NCBI GenBank assembly: GCA_020725555.1
Contig: DYEU01000018.1
Span: 79,113-143,112, forward strand
From: Desulfatibacillum sp.
GTDB lineage: Bacteria; Desulfobacterota; Desulfobacteria; Desulfobacterales; SpSt-501
DNA length: 64,000 nt
Direction: 5' to 3'
Positions 54,961 to 64,000 of the stretch are shown here, piece by piece (position 1 is the first letter of the stretch; the number at the start of each line of letters is the position of its first letter). Made by a program: the position numbers and the translations under genes. The notes under the pieces are model-generated. The model ran no database searches. It saw only the letters and a program-made list of their open reading frames with translations, and was not told where the DNA came from.

Positions 54961-57047
54961 ATGGGCGCTTGCACCCGTCACCCCGATCGAGAAACGCGCT
55001 TCCAATGCCTGAAGCACGGCATCTGGATGTGCGAGGAATGCCTGGCCTGCCGCGACCCCGAACTGTACTGCAAGCACCGCTCCGCCTGCCCGATCTGGTT
55101 CATGGCAAAACGCCGCCGGCGCCAGGAGCAGGAGGAACAGGCCGCTTCCGCCGCCCGGCGCGTACACGTCAGGTTCGAACCGGAAGGCAAGACCGCCGAG
55201 GTGCCGGCCGGCGCCACCCTCCTGGAAGCCGCGGCGGCAGGAGGCGTCCACGTGAACGCCTCCTGCAGCGGCAAAGGCCTGTGCGGCAAGTGCAAGCGGG
55301 TGGTGGAATCGGGAGAGCTCGACAGGGAACCGACGGCGCTTCTCCGCGATGCGGAAACGCAAAAGCGCTGCGTGCCGGCCTGCCAGAGCCGGCTGCGGGG
55401 CGACGCCGTGGTCCGCATCCCGCCGGAGGCGATCGAGCGCAAGCTGAAGGTGGCCGGGATGGGCCGGGAAGCCACCTCGCGCCTGAAGGGGCGGGTCTGC
55501 CGGATCGATCCCCTGCTGCGGGAAATCCCGCTCGAACTCCCGCCGCCGACGATCGAAGACGCCGTCAGCGACCTGGACCGTATCAACCGCGCGCTCAAGC
55601 AGCACGGCGGTGACAGCGAGAAGCTTCACGTGGGGCTCACGGTGATGCGGCAACTCGCCGAGGCTGTGCGGGAAGGGCACTGGAAAGTGACCGCGTCGGT
55701 TGTCCGGCACGGCGGCTTCGACGAACTGCGGGAGGTTCGTCCCGGCGACGGCAACGAACCCTGCCTGGGGCTGGCCATCGACGTGGGGACCACGACGATC
55801 GTGGTCTATCTCGTGGACATGGCCGACGGCCGGATTCTTGCGGCCACCTCGGGCCACAACCGTCAGGCGGCCTGCGGCGACGACGTCATCAACCGCATCG
55901 TGTGCGCCGAAACGGAGGGGTGCGCAAGTTGAGCGAGATGGCGCTCGCCACCATCAACGGCCTGATCGGCGAGGCACTCGACAGCGCCGGGGCGCACGTG
56001 CGCCGGGTCAAGAACATCGTCGTGGCCGGCAACACGGTCATGACCCACCTGCTCCTGCAGATCGAACCCCGCTACATCCGCCGCACCCCCTACATCCCCA
56101 CGGTCGCGGAGTTTCCGATCCTCGAGGCCGGAACCATCGGACTCAAGGCCCATCCGGCCGCCGCCGTGTTCGTGATGCCCGGACCGGCCAGCTACGTGGG
56201 CGGCGACATCGTCGCCGGCGTCCTCTCCTCCGGCCTGCACCGCGAAGCCCCGCTCACGCTGTTCATTGACGTGGGGACCAACGGAGAAATCGTCCTCGGC
56301 AACCATGAGTGGATGCTGACCGCCGCCTGCAGCGCCGGACCGGCCTTCGAGGGCGGCGGCATCCGCTGGGGCATGCGCGCCGAAGCGGGGGCGATCGAGG
56401 CCGTGCGCATCCATCCCGAGACCGGGGAGCCGCAGATCCGTACCGTCGGCGGGGAGCCGCCGCGGGGGATCTGCGGCACGGGGATGATCGAGCTGATCGC
56501 GGAAATGCTCGCCGCCGGGATCATCGACCGCAGCGGGGCCTTCTCCGCGGACCGCGCCCACCCCCGGGTCCGCCGGATCCAGGACGAGTGGGCCTACATT
56601 CTGGTCCCCGCCGACCGCTCGCCGGTGGAAGAGGACATCGCCTTCAGCGCCTCCGACCTCCGCAACCTTCTCTACAGCAAGGCCGCCGTCTATGCCGGCC
56701 TGCGGACGCTGCTGCGCGAAGCCGGGCTGGAACCAGCCGCGGTGGAGCGCATCTGGATCGCCGGGGGCTTCGGACAATCCCTGGACGTCGACAAGGCGGT
56801 CCGCGTCGGGCTGCTCCCCGACCTGGAGCGCGGCCGCTTCCGCTATCTCGGAAACAGCACGATCGCCGGGGCCTACCTGTCGCTGCTGCCCGAGGCGTCC
56901 CGGCGGCAAGCGCGGGAGATCTGCCGTGCCATGACCTACCTCGATCTCTCCAGCCATCCCGGCTCTATGGAGGAGTTCACGTCGGCCCTGTTTCTGCCGC
57001 ACACCCACCTGGAGGCGTTTCCCAGCGCGACCCGCGCGGGCGCCTGA
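54961..57047 (+). pseudogene. RACo-type corrinoid-activation ASKHA ATPase (B-box-like Zn finger + 2Fe-2S ferredoxin + DUF4445/ASKHA), interrupted by a -1 frameshift in a G4 run near 55917-55920
   Basis: ORF 54961..55932 ends ...ACGDDVINRIVCAETEG-CAS*. ORF 55902..57047 continues in the -1 frame with ...GGVRKLSEMALATINGLIGEAL...FIDVGTNGEIVLG...CSAGPAFEGGGI...ICGTGMIEL. One extra G in gagGGGGtgc would fuse them into one protein of about 695 aa. Confidence 0.8.
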
Positions 57048-57070
57048 CGATTCACCCGGCCGTTGTCGTG

Positions 57071-57093
57071 GCCCGGGGGAGAAACACCCGGGC
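57071..57093. terminator. GC-rich hairpin between convergent genes (possible bidirectional terminator)
   Basis: GCCCGGG-GGAGAAACA-CCCGGGC, a 7-bp stem. No clear U-tract. Confidence 0.25.
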
Positions 57094-57194
57094 ACCCCTC
57101 GTCCGCTTCTTGGATCTTCTCCCGCCCGCGCGCCGGGCGGACCGGATTGCCGGAAAACGAGGCCGACCCCGGGATCCCGTCGGGGAAGAACCCC

Positions 57195-57692
57195 TCATCC
57201 GCCGAAGCGACGTTCGAGGGTGGACCCGCAGCCGGGACACCGCAACTTGAAGCACGGAAGGCCCTGATCCTCCTCGCTGCGGTAGCCGCAGCGCTCGCAG
57301 AAGCACCAGCCTGCGGGGTTGGGGCGGGAGGGGGGGGAGAGGGCCGGGGAAGCAGCAACCTTCTCGGCCGCCGGGGCGGCGTGGGCGGGAAAGGCGGGGA
57401 GGTGGTCCCGAATGGCCCCGCGCCGGCCTTCTTCGATCGCGATGCCGACCGCTTCAAGGACGGCCTTGGCGTTCGGGCCGGCGCTTCCGGTGATCACCCG
57501 CTCCACCCCCGCTGCGACCAGTGCCTCCGCGGCGCGGACGCCGGCACCGCCCGAGGCCTTCGCGCCCGGGTTGGGCTCGACGCGAAACGCCCCGCTTGCG
57601 AGATCCACGATCAAAAAATTCCGGCAGCGTCCGAGCGCGGGCTCGATCGGATCCTCGAGCGAACTTCCCTGGGTGGAAAAGGCGATTTTCAC
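57195..57692 (-). CDS. NifX/NifB-type domain protein fused to a C-terminal zinc ribbon
   Basis: GTG start (VKIAFSTQGSSLEDPIEPALGRCRNFLIVD...) after AAGGAGA. ...VITGSAGPNAKAVLEAVGI. Tail CFCERCG...CPGCG. Confidence 0.75.
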   Translation of the reverse strand: MKIAFSTQGSSLEDPIEPALGRCRNFLIVDLASGAFRVEPNPGAKASGGAGVRAAEALVAAGVERVITGSAGPNAKAVLEAVGIAIEEGRRGAIRDHLPAFPAHAAPAAEKVAASPALSPPSRPNPAGWCFCERCGYRSEEDQGLPCFKLRCPGCGSTLERRFGG

Positions 57693-57813
57693 GCGCGTCT
57701 CCTTGGGGCCGGGATGCAACGAACCGCGCCCGGCCCGGGCGCGAGCCCGCCTGGGCAAGGAGCCGGCCGGCGCTCCGCAGGGTGCGCTTCCGCAACCGGC
57801 CGGCCGCCGCGCG

Positions 57814-59133
57814 TCATTTGGCGGACTCCGGGTGAAACACCGCCACCTCCCTCAGGTCGTCTCCCAGGTAAGCCCGCTCGTTGGGGCCGAGGATCCCCAG
57901 CGCCAGGCAAAGGAGCGTCCAGAGGTGAATCACGTGGTAGCCCCCGCCGTAATGTTCGCTCAGTTCATGGATCTGGGCATGGCAGTTGTGGCAACCGGCG
58001 ATGCAGTACTGCGCGCCGGTCGCCCGGATCTGCTCGTCCTTGAGTCGGCCGAACTCGAGGCGCTGGGCCTTGAACCCCGATTGGAGAAACCCCCCGCCGC
58101 CGCCGCAGCAATAGTTGTTGGAGCGGTTGGGCTGCATGTCGATGAAGTTTTCCTCCCCCACCGCCGTCTTGACCACGAAGCGCAGGTCCTCGGCGATCGG
58201 ATCGCCGTAACTCTTGCGGACGATCTGGCAGGGGTCCTGGACCGTGAACTTGATCTTCAGGTCCCGGTTCCAATCGGCGTTGACCTTGAGCCGGCCCTCC
58301 CGGATCCACCGGGCGTAGTATTCGTAGATGTTTTTGACCGTGAACGTGTGCTCGATCTTGAATTTTTTCAGTCCTTCCAGGACCGAAAAGGTGACGTGCC
58401 CTCACTCGGTGTTGAGAAAGACCTTGCACCCCAACTCTTCGGCCTGCCGGGCCGCCGTCGCCGTGATGTGCTTCCAGGCCGCGTCGTCGCCCAGGAACAT
58501 GCAGTAATTCTCGCCACCCCAGCCCTTGGAGCCGTAGGTCCAGTCCGCACCGGCCAGATGCAGCAGCTTCCACAGGGGCACCATTTCGTCGGGTTCGGTC
58601 ACCGGCTCGCGCGAGTTCTGGTTGAGGAAGAATTCGGCCCCCGCCTTGTCAATGGGCGCCTCCATGGCGGCGAATTCCGGCTGCGCCTCGCGGTACTCCG
58701 CCAAGACGTCTTCGACCACGAAGCGGAAGTCCTCGGGCGAGGCGCCCATGGCGCTGCAGCTGTCGTTGCGCAAGGCCATGTCGCACGAACCGCGGATCCC
58801 TTTCGGGCGCTTTTCCCGGGGCCAGGCGGCACGCACGTTGTAGACCAGCCGTGGAATGTCGATTTTCATCGGGCAGACGTAGATGCATCGCTGGCATTGC
58901 GTGCACATCCAGACCCAGTCCGTGGCGAGGATCTCCTCGTCCAGGCCAAGGGCGGCCATGCGCAGAAACTTGCGCGGGTCCAGGCCCTCCAGCCCCGTCG
59001 CCGGGCAACCCGAGGAGCAGGCGCCGCAGGTGAGGCACAGGTTGAGATGGCCGCCTTCCGGGAGAATCTCCCGGACCTTTTCCATGAATGTCGTGCGTCG
59101 TTTTCCCCCCAAGCGAATGACGGTCTCCTCCAT
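57814..59133 (-). CDS. HdrD-like Fe-S oxidoreductase (2x[4Fe-4S] + two CCG domains), selenoprotein; in-frame UGA at 58402-58404 read as Sec
   Basis: The last 243 codons of ORF 58402..60786 (MEETVIRLGG...CLTCGACSSGCP...CTQCQRCIYVCP...KVFLNTE) stop at TGA. The same frame continues GHVTFSVLEGLKKF... into ORF 57814..58176 (NYCCGGGGG, CIAGCHNC). GAGGAGGAG RBS before ATG 59133. Confidence 0.85.
58365..58389 (-). promoter_or_regulatory. strong candidate SECIS hairpin for the hdrD-like UGA
   Basis: RNA UUUUCGGUCC-UGGAA-GGACUGAAAA (10-bp stem with one G-U pair, 5-nt loop) begins 13 nt after the UGA. The loop occupies UGA+23..+27. Confidence 0.65.
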
Positions 59134-59239
59134 CGGCGCTCCTCCTCGTGGTGGCGGGTGGCGGGGTTCACCCCGGGATTTCCGACCCGGACAAAGGCAA
59201 GTTTCCCCGGCCTGCGCCCGGGGCCTTGGAAGAGAAGCA

Positions 59240-59255
59240 AGCAAGACACATGCCA
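59240..59255 (-). promoter_or_regulatory. sigma54 (-24/-12) promoter TGGCATGTGTCTTGCT upstream of the hdrD-like selenoprotein gene
   Basis: Exact match to TGGCA[CT]-N5-TTGC[AT]. About 95-nt leader to ATG 59133. It lies 112-125 nt downstream of a TTGC-N5-GCAA palindrome and just after the activator gene. Confidence 0.7.
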
Positions 59256-59366
59256 TCCCGCCTCCAAGCGGGGCCGGGGCCGGCGATCGGCGCGGGGGGC
59301 GGGGCATTCGCCGCGGCACCTCGCGGCGGGAGGGGGCACCGCACCGGCGAGGCGGATTCGGCAACC

Positions 59367-59379
59367 TTGCAACATGCAA
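59367..59379. promoter_or_regulatory. palindrome TTGCAACATGCAA (TTGC-N5-GCAA), candidate activator binding site (UAS)
   Basis: Perfect inverted repeat TTGCA-ACA-TGCAA directly after the activator stop codon. It is preceded by GCAACC, giving GCAA-CC-TTGC. Confidence 0.4.
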
Positions 59380-59381
59380 TT

Positions 59382-60743
<1,362 letters not shown>

Positions 60744-60812
60744 GAAGCCTCCTCCGGCCGGCGGGCCATGGCCAAAGACCGTGCATCGTGCATTATAGGA
60801 AATGCTTTATTC

Positions 60813-60825
60813 TTGCATAACGCAA
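60813..60825. promoter_or_regulatory. imperfect palindrome TTGCATAACGCAA (TTGC-N5-GCAA), candidate UAS
   Basis: Lies in the only AT-rich stretch of the divergent intergenic region, 77-89 nt upstream of the -24 element at 60902. Confidence 0.35.
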
Positions 60826-60901
60826 GATGGAAATCCATCCCCGGCGCGGGGTGTGGGCCGCTTCCTGCTGCCCTCGGCCGCGCGGCCCCGTTTTTTCCGT
60901 A

Positions 60902-60917
60902 TGGCACCGCCTTTGCA
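60902..60917 (+). promoter_or_regulatory. sigma54 (-24/-12) promoter TGGCACCGCCTTTGCA
   Basis: Full consensus TGGCAC-N5-TTGCA. It ends exactly 12 nt before ATG 60930. Confidence 0.7.
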
Positions 60918-60929
60918 GGGATACTCGGC

Positions 60930-61331
60930 ATGCGGATTGCTGTCGCCCACTGGCAAGGCCGGATTTCTCCGGTCTTCGATGAAGCGCAGGATCTCTGGGT
61001 GGTGACGGTCGACGGCGGCCGGGAGATCGGGCGCGACCGCCTGCGGCTCAGGACGCGCAACCTCTTGGATCGGGTGCGAATCCTCTGCGAGCAGGAAATC
61101 GAGGTCCTGCTCTGCGGGGCGATCTCCTTTTCCCTGGAGCACGCTCTGGAAGCCGCGGGCATCCGGGTCGTGGGTTTCCTCGCCGGGGAGTGCGAACCGA
61201 TTCTCGTCTCGTTTCTCAACGCCCGCGGCCACGCCGCCGGCCCGGTGCGTTTCGCGACGCGACGGCGATTCCCCCGGCCGGAGCCCCGGCAGGGCAAGGC
61301 CCGCCCGCCGACATCCGGCCGCGGGCGATGA
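60930..61331 (+). CDS. NifX/NifB-type domain protein (133 aa)
   Basis: Last part of ORF 59148..61331: MRIAVAHWQGRISPVFDEAQDLWVV...VLLCGAISFSLEHALEAAGIRVVGF. Confidence 0.75.
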   Translation: MRIAVAHWQGRISPVFDEAQDLWVVTVDGGREIGRDRLRLRTRNLLDRVRILCEQEIEVLLCGAISFSLEHALEAAGIRVVGFLAGECEPILVSFLNARGHAAGPVRFATRRRFPRPEPRQGKARPPTSGRGR

Positions 61332-61363
61332 CCCGCGAAACCTCTACCTGGGAGATGAACGCC

Positions 61364-61981
61364 ATGAAAGTCGCCATCAGCGCCAGCGCACCTTCCCTCG
61401 AGGCCCCGCTGGATCCCCGATTCGGCCGTGCCCCGTGGTTCCTGATCGTCGATCCCGAAACCCTCGCCGTCGAGGAAATCGCCAATCCGGCCGCCTCCGG
61501 TGCCGGCGGCGCCGGCATTGAGGCGGCCCGGGCCATCGCCGCACGGGCGGTAACGAACGTGCTCACCGGCCGCTGCGGCCCGAATGCCGCAGCGGCGTTG
61601 TCCGCCGCGAACATCGTGTTCGTCGAGGGCTGTTCCGGAACGGCGCGCGAAGCCCTCGAGCGCTTTCTCGCCGCAGCCCCTCCGGCCGCGGAGGCCGGGC
61701 CGGCGGCGGGCCGTCCCGCCGCGGACCGCCTGCCGCAACCACCCGGCCCTGGACCCGGCGGCGCACCCCCCATGCGCGGCGGCGGGGGTCGCGGGGGATG
61801 CGGGCGGATGCGCGGCGGCGGCGGAGGACGCGGAGGGGGAGGCGGCGGGAGGGCGGGAAGTTTCGGTCCTCCCCGAACCCCCGTAGGCTCAACCCTCGAG
61901 GAAGAGGCCGAGCGGCTGCGCCGGCGGCTTGCGGAAATCGAAGAGCGTCGCGGAACGCGCATCCCGCCCTCCCGCCGGTGA
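61364..61981 (+). CDS. NifX/NifB-type domain fused to a Gly/Arg-rich linker and C-terminal coiled coil (DUF5320-like tail)
   Basis: From Met59 of ORF 61190..61981: MKVAISASAPSLEAPLDPRFGRAPWFLIVD...VLTGRCGPNAAAAL. Then GGGGRGGCGRMRGGGGGRGGGGGG and LEEEAERLRRRLAEIEERR. Confidence 0.75.
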   Translation: MKVAISASAPSLEAPLDPRFGRAPWFLIVDPETLAVEEIANPAASGAGGAGIEAARAIAARAVTNVLTGRCGPNAAAALSAANIVFVEGCSGTAREALERFLAAAPPAAEAGPAAGRPAADRLPQPPGPGPGGAPPMRGGGGRGGCGRMRGGGGGRGGGGGGRAGSFGPPRTPVGSTLEEEAERLRRRLAEIEERRGTRIPPSRR

Positions 61982-61992
61982 GCGGCAGGGTC

Positions 61993-63000
61993 ATGGCCGC
62001 TCGCCCGCCGCGTCCCCCGGAAGGGGGGTTCCTCTACGGCCCGGTCCCCTCGCGGCGCCTCGGGCGCTCGCTCGGCGTGGATCTCGTCCCGTTCAAGACC
62101 TGCAGCTACGATTGCGTCTACTGCCAGCTCGGGCGCACGACCTGCCGGACGCTCGAGCGCTCGGAGTACGTGCCGACGACGCAGGTCCTCGATGCGATCG
62201 CGGCATTTCGGCGAAGCGGCGCGGCCGCCGATTTCATCGGCATCGCCGGCTCCGGCGAGCCGACGCTGCACGCCGGGATCGGGGACATCATCGCCGGCAT
62301 CCGCCAACGGACGCGCCTCCCGGTCGCCGTGCTCACCAACGGCTCCTTGCTCTGGGACGCGGAGGTGCGGCGGGAGCTCTCCCGGGCGCACGTGGTGATT
62401 CCTTCGCTGGACGCCGGCGGGCCGCGAACCTTCCGTCGCGTCAACCGCCCCCACCCCGGGCTCGCATTCGAAACGGTGGTGGAGGGGCTGGCCGCGTTCG
62501 CCGCCGGGTTCCGGGGAGAGATCTGGCTCGAAGTCATGTTCGTCGCCGGGATCAACACCGACCTGCGCGAGGTCCGCCGCATCGCCCGCCTGGCCGACCG
62601 CATCGGCCCGCGGCGCATCCAGCTCAACACCGTCGTCCGGCCGCCCGCCGAGCGCTTTGCACGCCCCGTCCCGCGGGAAGATCTCGCGCGGCTGGCCCGC
62701 TGCCTGGGCGGGAGGGCGGAATGCATCGCCGACTTCCGACCGGACGCAGAGACCGCGACACCCCGCAGCCGGGCGGGTGAGCGAGCGATTCTGGAATTGC
62801 TCGCCCGCCGCCCCTGTACGGTATCGGGGATCGCCGACGGGCTCGCCATCCATCCTCAGGAAGCCGTGAAGCGCCTGGACGATCTCCTGCGCCGGGGGCT
62901 CGTCGCGGTGAACGAGCGGGACGGCGAGCGCTACTTCGGCCTCAAGCGGATCCGCACGCCGCGGGTCCGCAGCGGCCTTCCGGAAAGGAGCCTTCCATGA
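61993..63000 (+). CDS. radical SAM protein (COG0731-like)
   Basis: From Met66 of ORF 61798..63000: MAARPPRPPEGGFLYGPVPSRRLGRSLGVDLVPFKTCSYDCVYCQ (CxxxCxxC), GSGEPTL. C-terminal winged-helix-like tail. Confidence 0.85.
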   Translation: MAARPPRPPEGGFLYGPVPSRRLGRSLGVDLVPFKTCSYDCVYCQLGRTTCRTLERSEYVPTTQVLDAIAAFRRSGAAADFIGIAGSGEPTLHAGIGDIIAGIRQRTRLPVAVLTNGSLLWDAEVRRELSRAHVVIPSLDAGGPRTFRRVNRPHPGLAFETVVEGLAAFAAGFRGEIWLEVMFVAGINTDLREVRRIARLADRIGPRRIQLNTVVRPPAERFARPVPREDLARLARCLGGRAECIADFRPDAETATPRSRAGERAILELLARRPCTVSGIADGLAIHPQEAVKRLDDLLRRGLVAVNERDGERYFGLKRIRTPRVRSGLPERSLP

Positions 63001-63905
63001 CCCGCACCCCCTCCTCCCCCTCTTCCTCCTGCGGCACCTGCGACCGGCCCGACTGCTCGGCCAAGGCCCCCCGGCCGGGGGAGGGCGAGGCCGAATTCGT
63101 CGAGCGCCGGGAACTCGAGGCACGCCTGTGCCGCATCCGACACCGCATCGTCGTCCTCTCGGGCAAGGGCGGCGTCGGGAAAAGCACGGTGGCCGTCAAC
63201 CTGGCCGCGGGGCTGCTGCAGGAAGGCCACACCGTCGGCCTGCTCGACGTGGACCTTCACGGCCCCAGCATCCCCACGATGCTCGGGCTGGAGCGGCAGC
63301 GTCTCGGCGGCAACGACCGGGAAATCCACCCCGCGGACGTGGGCGGGCTCAAGGTCGTCTCCATCGGCTTCTTTCTGTCCTCGCCGGACGACGCCGTCAT
63401 CTGGCGCGGGCCGCTCAAAATGGGGGCCATCAAGCAGTTTTTAAAGGACGTGGCCTGGGGTGATCTCGATTTCCTGGTGATCGACTCCCCGCCCGGGACC
63501 GGGGACGAACCGCTTTCGGTTTGCCAACTGATCGGGCGCCTGGACGGTGCGGTGATCGTGACCACCCCCCAGCGGGTGGCGGCGGTCGACGTGCGCAAGT
63601 CGATCACGTTCTGCCGCCACCTTCAGGTCCCGGTCCTGGGGGTCGTGGAGAACATGAGCGGTTTTGCCTGCCCGAAGTGCGGGGAGGTGACCCAGATCTT
63701 CCGGACCGGCGGCGGGCGCAGGATCGCCGAGGACATGGGGATCGCCTTCCTCGGGTCGATTCCGCTGGACCCGGCGCTCGCCGACTCCGGCGACGGCGGC
63801 GAGCCCTTCCTCCGCCGCCACGCCGACTCGCCGACGGCGGAGCGGCTGCGACGCTTAATCCGGCCCATCGCCGCGCTCGCCGCCGCAGAGCAGCGGCCGG
63901 CCTGA
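62997..63905 (+). CDS. Mrp/NBP35 (ApbC-like) P-loop ATPase, Fe-S cluster carrier family
   Basis: Deviant Walker A SGKGGVGKST, ...DSPPGTGDE..., CPKCG motif, N-terminal CGTCDRPDC. ATGA overlap with the radical SAM stop. Confidence 0.88.
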   Translation: MTRTPSSPSSSCGTCDRPDCSAKAPRPGEGEAEFVERRELEARLCRIRHRIVVLSGKGGVGKSTVAVNLAAGLLQEGHTVGLLDVDLHGPSIPTMLGLERQRLGGNDREIHPADVGGLKVVSIGFFLSSPDDAVIWRGPLKMGAIKQFLKDVAWGDLDFLVIDSPPGTGDEPLSVCQLIGRLDGAVIVTTPQRVAAVDVRKSITFCRHLQVPVLGVVENMSGFACPKCGEVTQIFRTGGGRRIAEDMGIAFLGSIPLDPALADSGDGGEPFLRRHADSPTAERLRRLIRPIAALAAAEQRPA

Positions 63906-63929
63906 GGCAGAGGGCGCGGGACGGCCCCC

Positions 63930-64000
63930 TCAGGCCGCAGGCACCGCCGGCGTGCCGCCTTCCTCCACCACCGGCAGGCTGACGACGAAGAGACTCCCGC
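63930..64000 (-). CDS. 3' end of a histidine-kinase-like gene (partial, runs off the window)
   Basis: The minus frame reads ...GSLFVVSLPVVEEGGTPAVPAA* with TGA at 63930-63932. G-S-x-F-x-V-x-L-P is the usual HATPase_c terminus. Confidence 0.4.
   Translation of the reverse strand, partial: GSLFVVSLPVVEEGGTPAVPAA

Noticed and set aside
61740-61870. GGC/GGA-rich repetitive tract considered as a tandem repeat or array
   Set aside because: It lies in frame inside a coding region and encodes a Gly/Arg-rich linker. There is no spacer/repeat periodicity.

Overview
Visibly GC-rich, densely coding chromosomal segment. It looks like an anaerobic, sigma54-rich, selenoprotein-using bacterium; a Desulfobacterota-like lifestyle is my inference only. 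I support about 58 protein genes. I saw no rRNA, tRNA, CRISPR array, transposase or integrase. Gene order: (1) hdrA-mvhD-frhB-like operon on the minus strand, in which hdrA and mvhD each carry an in-frame TGA that I read as selenocysteine; (2) miaA, a DUF2088-like gene, and tungsten-type aldehyde:ferredoxin oxidoreductase plus a MoaD/ThiS-like gene; (3) a BKACE (kce-like) gene and a livKHMGF-type ABC transporter; (4) a hybrid histidine kinase, a USP and a GAF protein; (5) rnfCDGEAB plus rseC; (6) a minus-strand operon combining a peptide/opine-type ABC importer with saccharopine-dehydrogenase-like, MmgE/PrpD and LKR-like genes; (7) an uncharacterised minus-strand operon (NifX-like, small RK-motif protein, Trp-rich 470-aa membrane protein, Tat-exported MBL hydrolase, small anchored protein, CobW-type GTPase with a long N-terminal extension, zinc-ribbon FGE-domain protein) next to a divergent Cys-rich-PAS sigma54 activator; (8) an RND efflux triad; (9) NifU-like, GlcF/GlcD-like, cytidylate-kinase-like and FmdB zinc-ribbon genes; (10) an ACR3/BASS-like transporter and a frameshifted RACo-type ASKHA gene; (11) a second sigma54 module, made of a paralogous Cys-PAS activator flanked by two consensus -24/-12 promoters. 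One promoter drives an HdrD-like gene with a third in-frame TGA (Sec) and a strong downstream hairpin, followed by a NifX-zinc-ribbon gene. The other drives a NifX-like / NifX-Gly-Arg-coiled-coil / radical SAM / Mrp-NBP35 cluster. Many long ORFs in the six-frame track are antisense or off-frame artefacts of the high GC content. Where I moved a start codon, I derived the coordinate by codon arithmetic from the ORF track.
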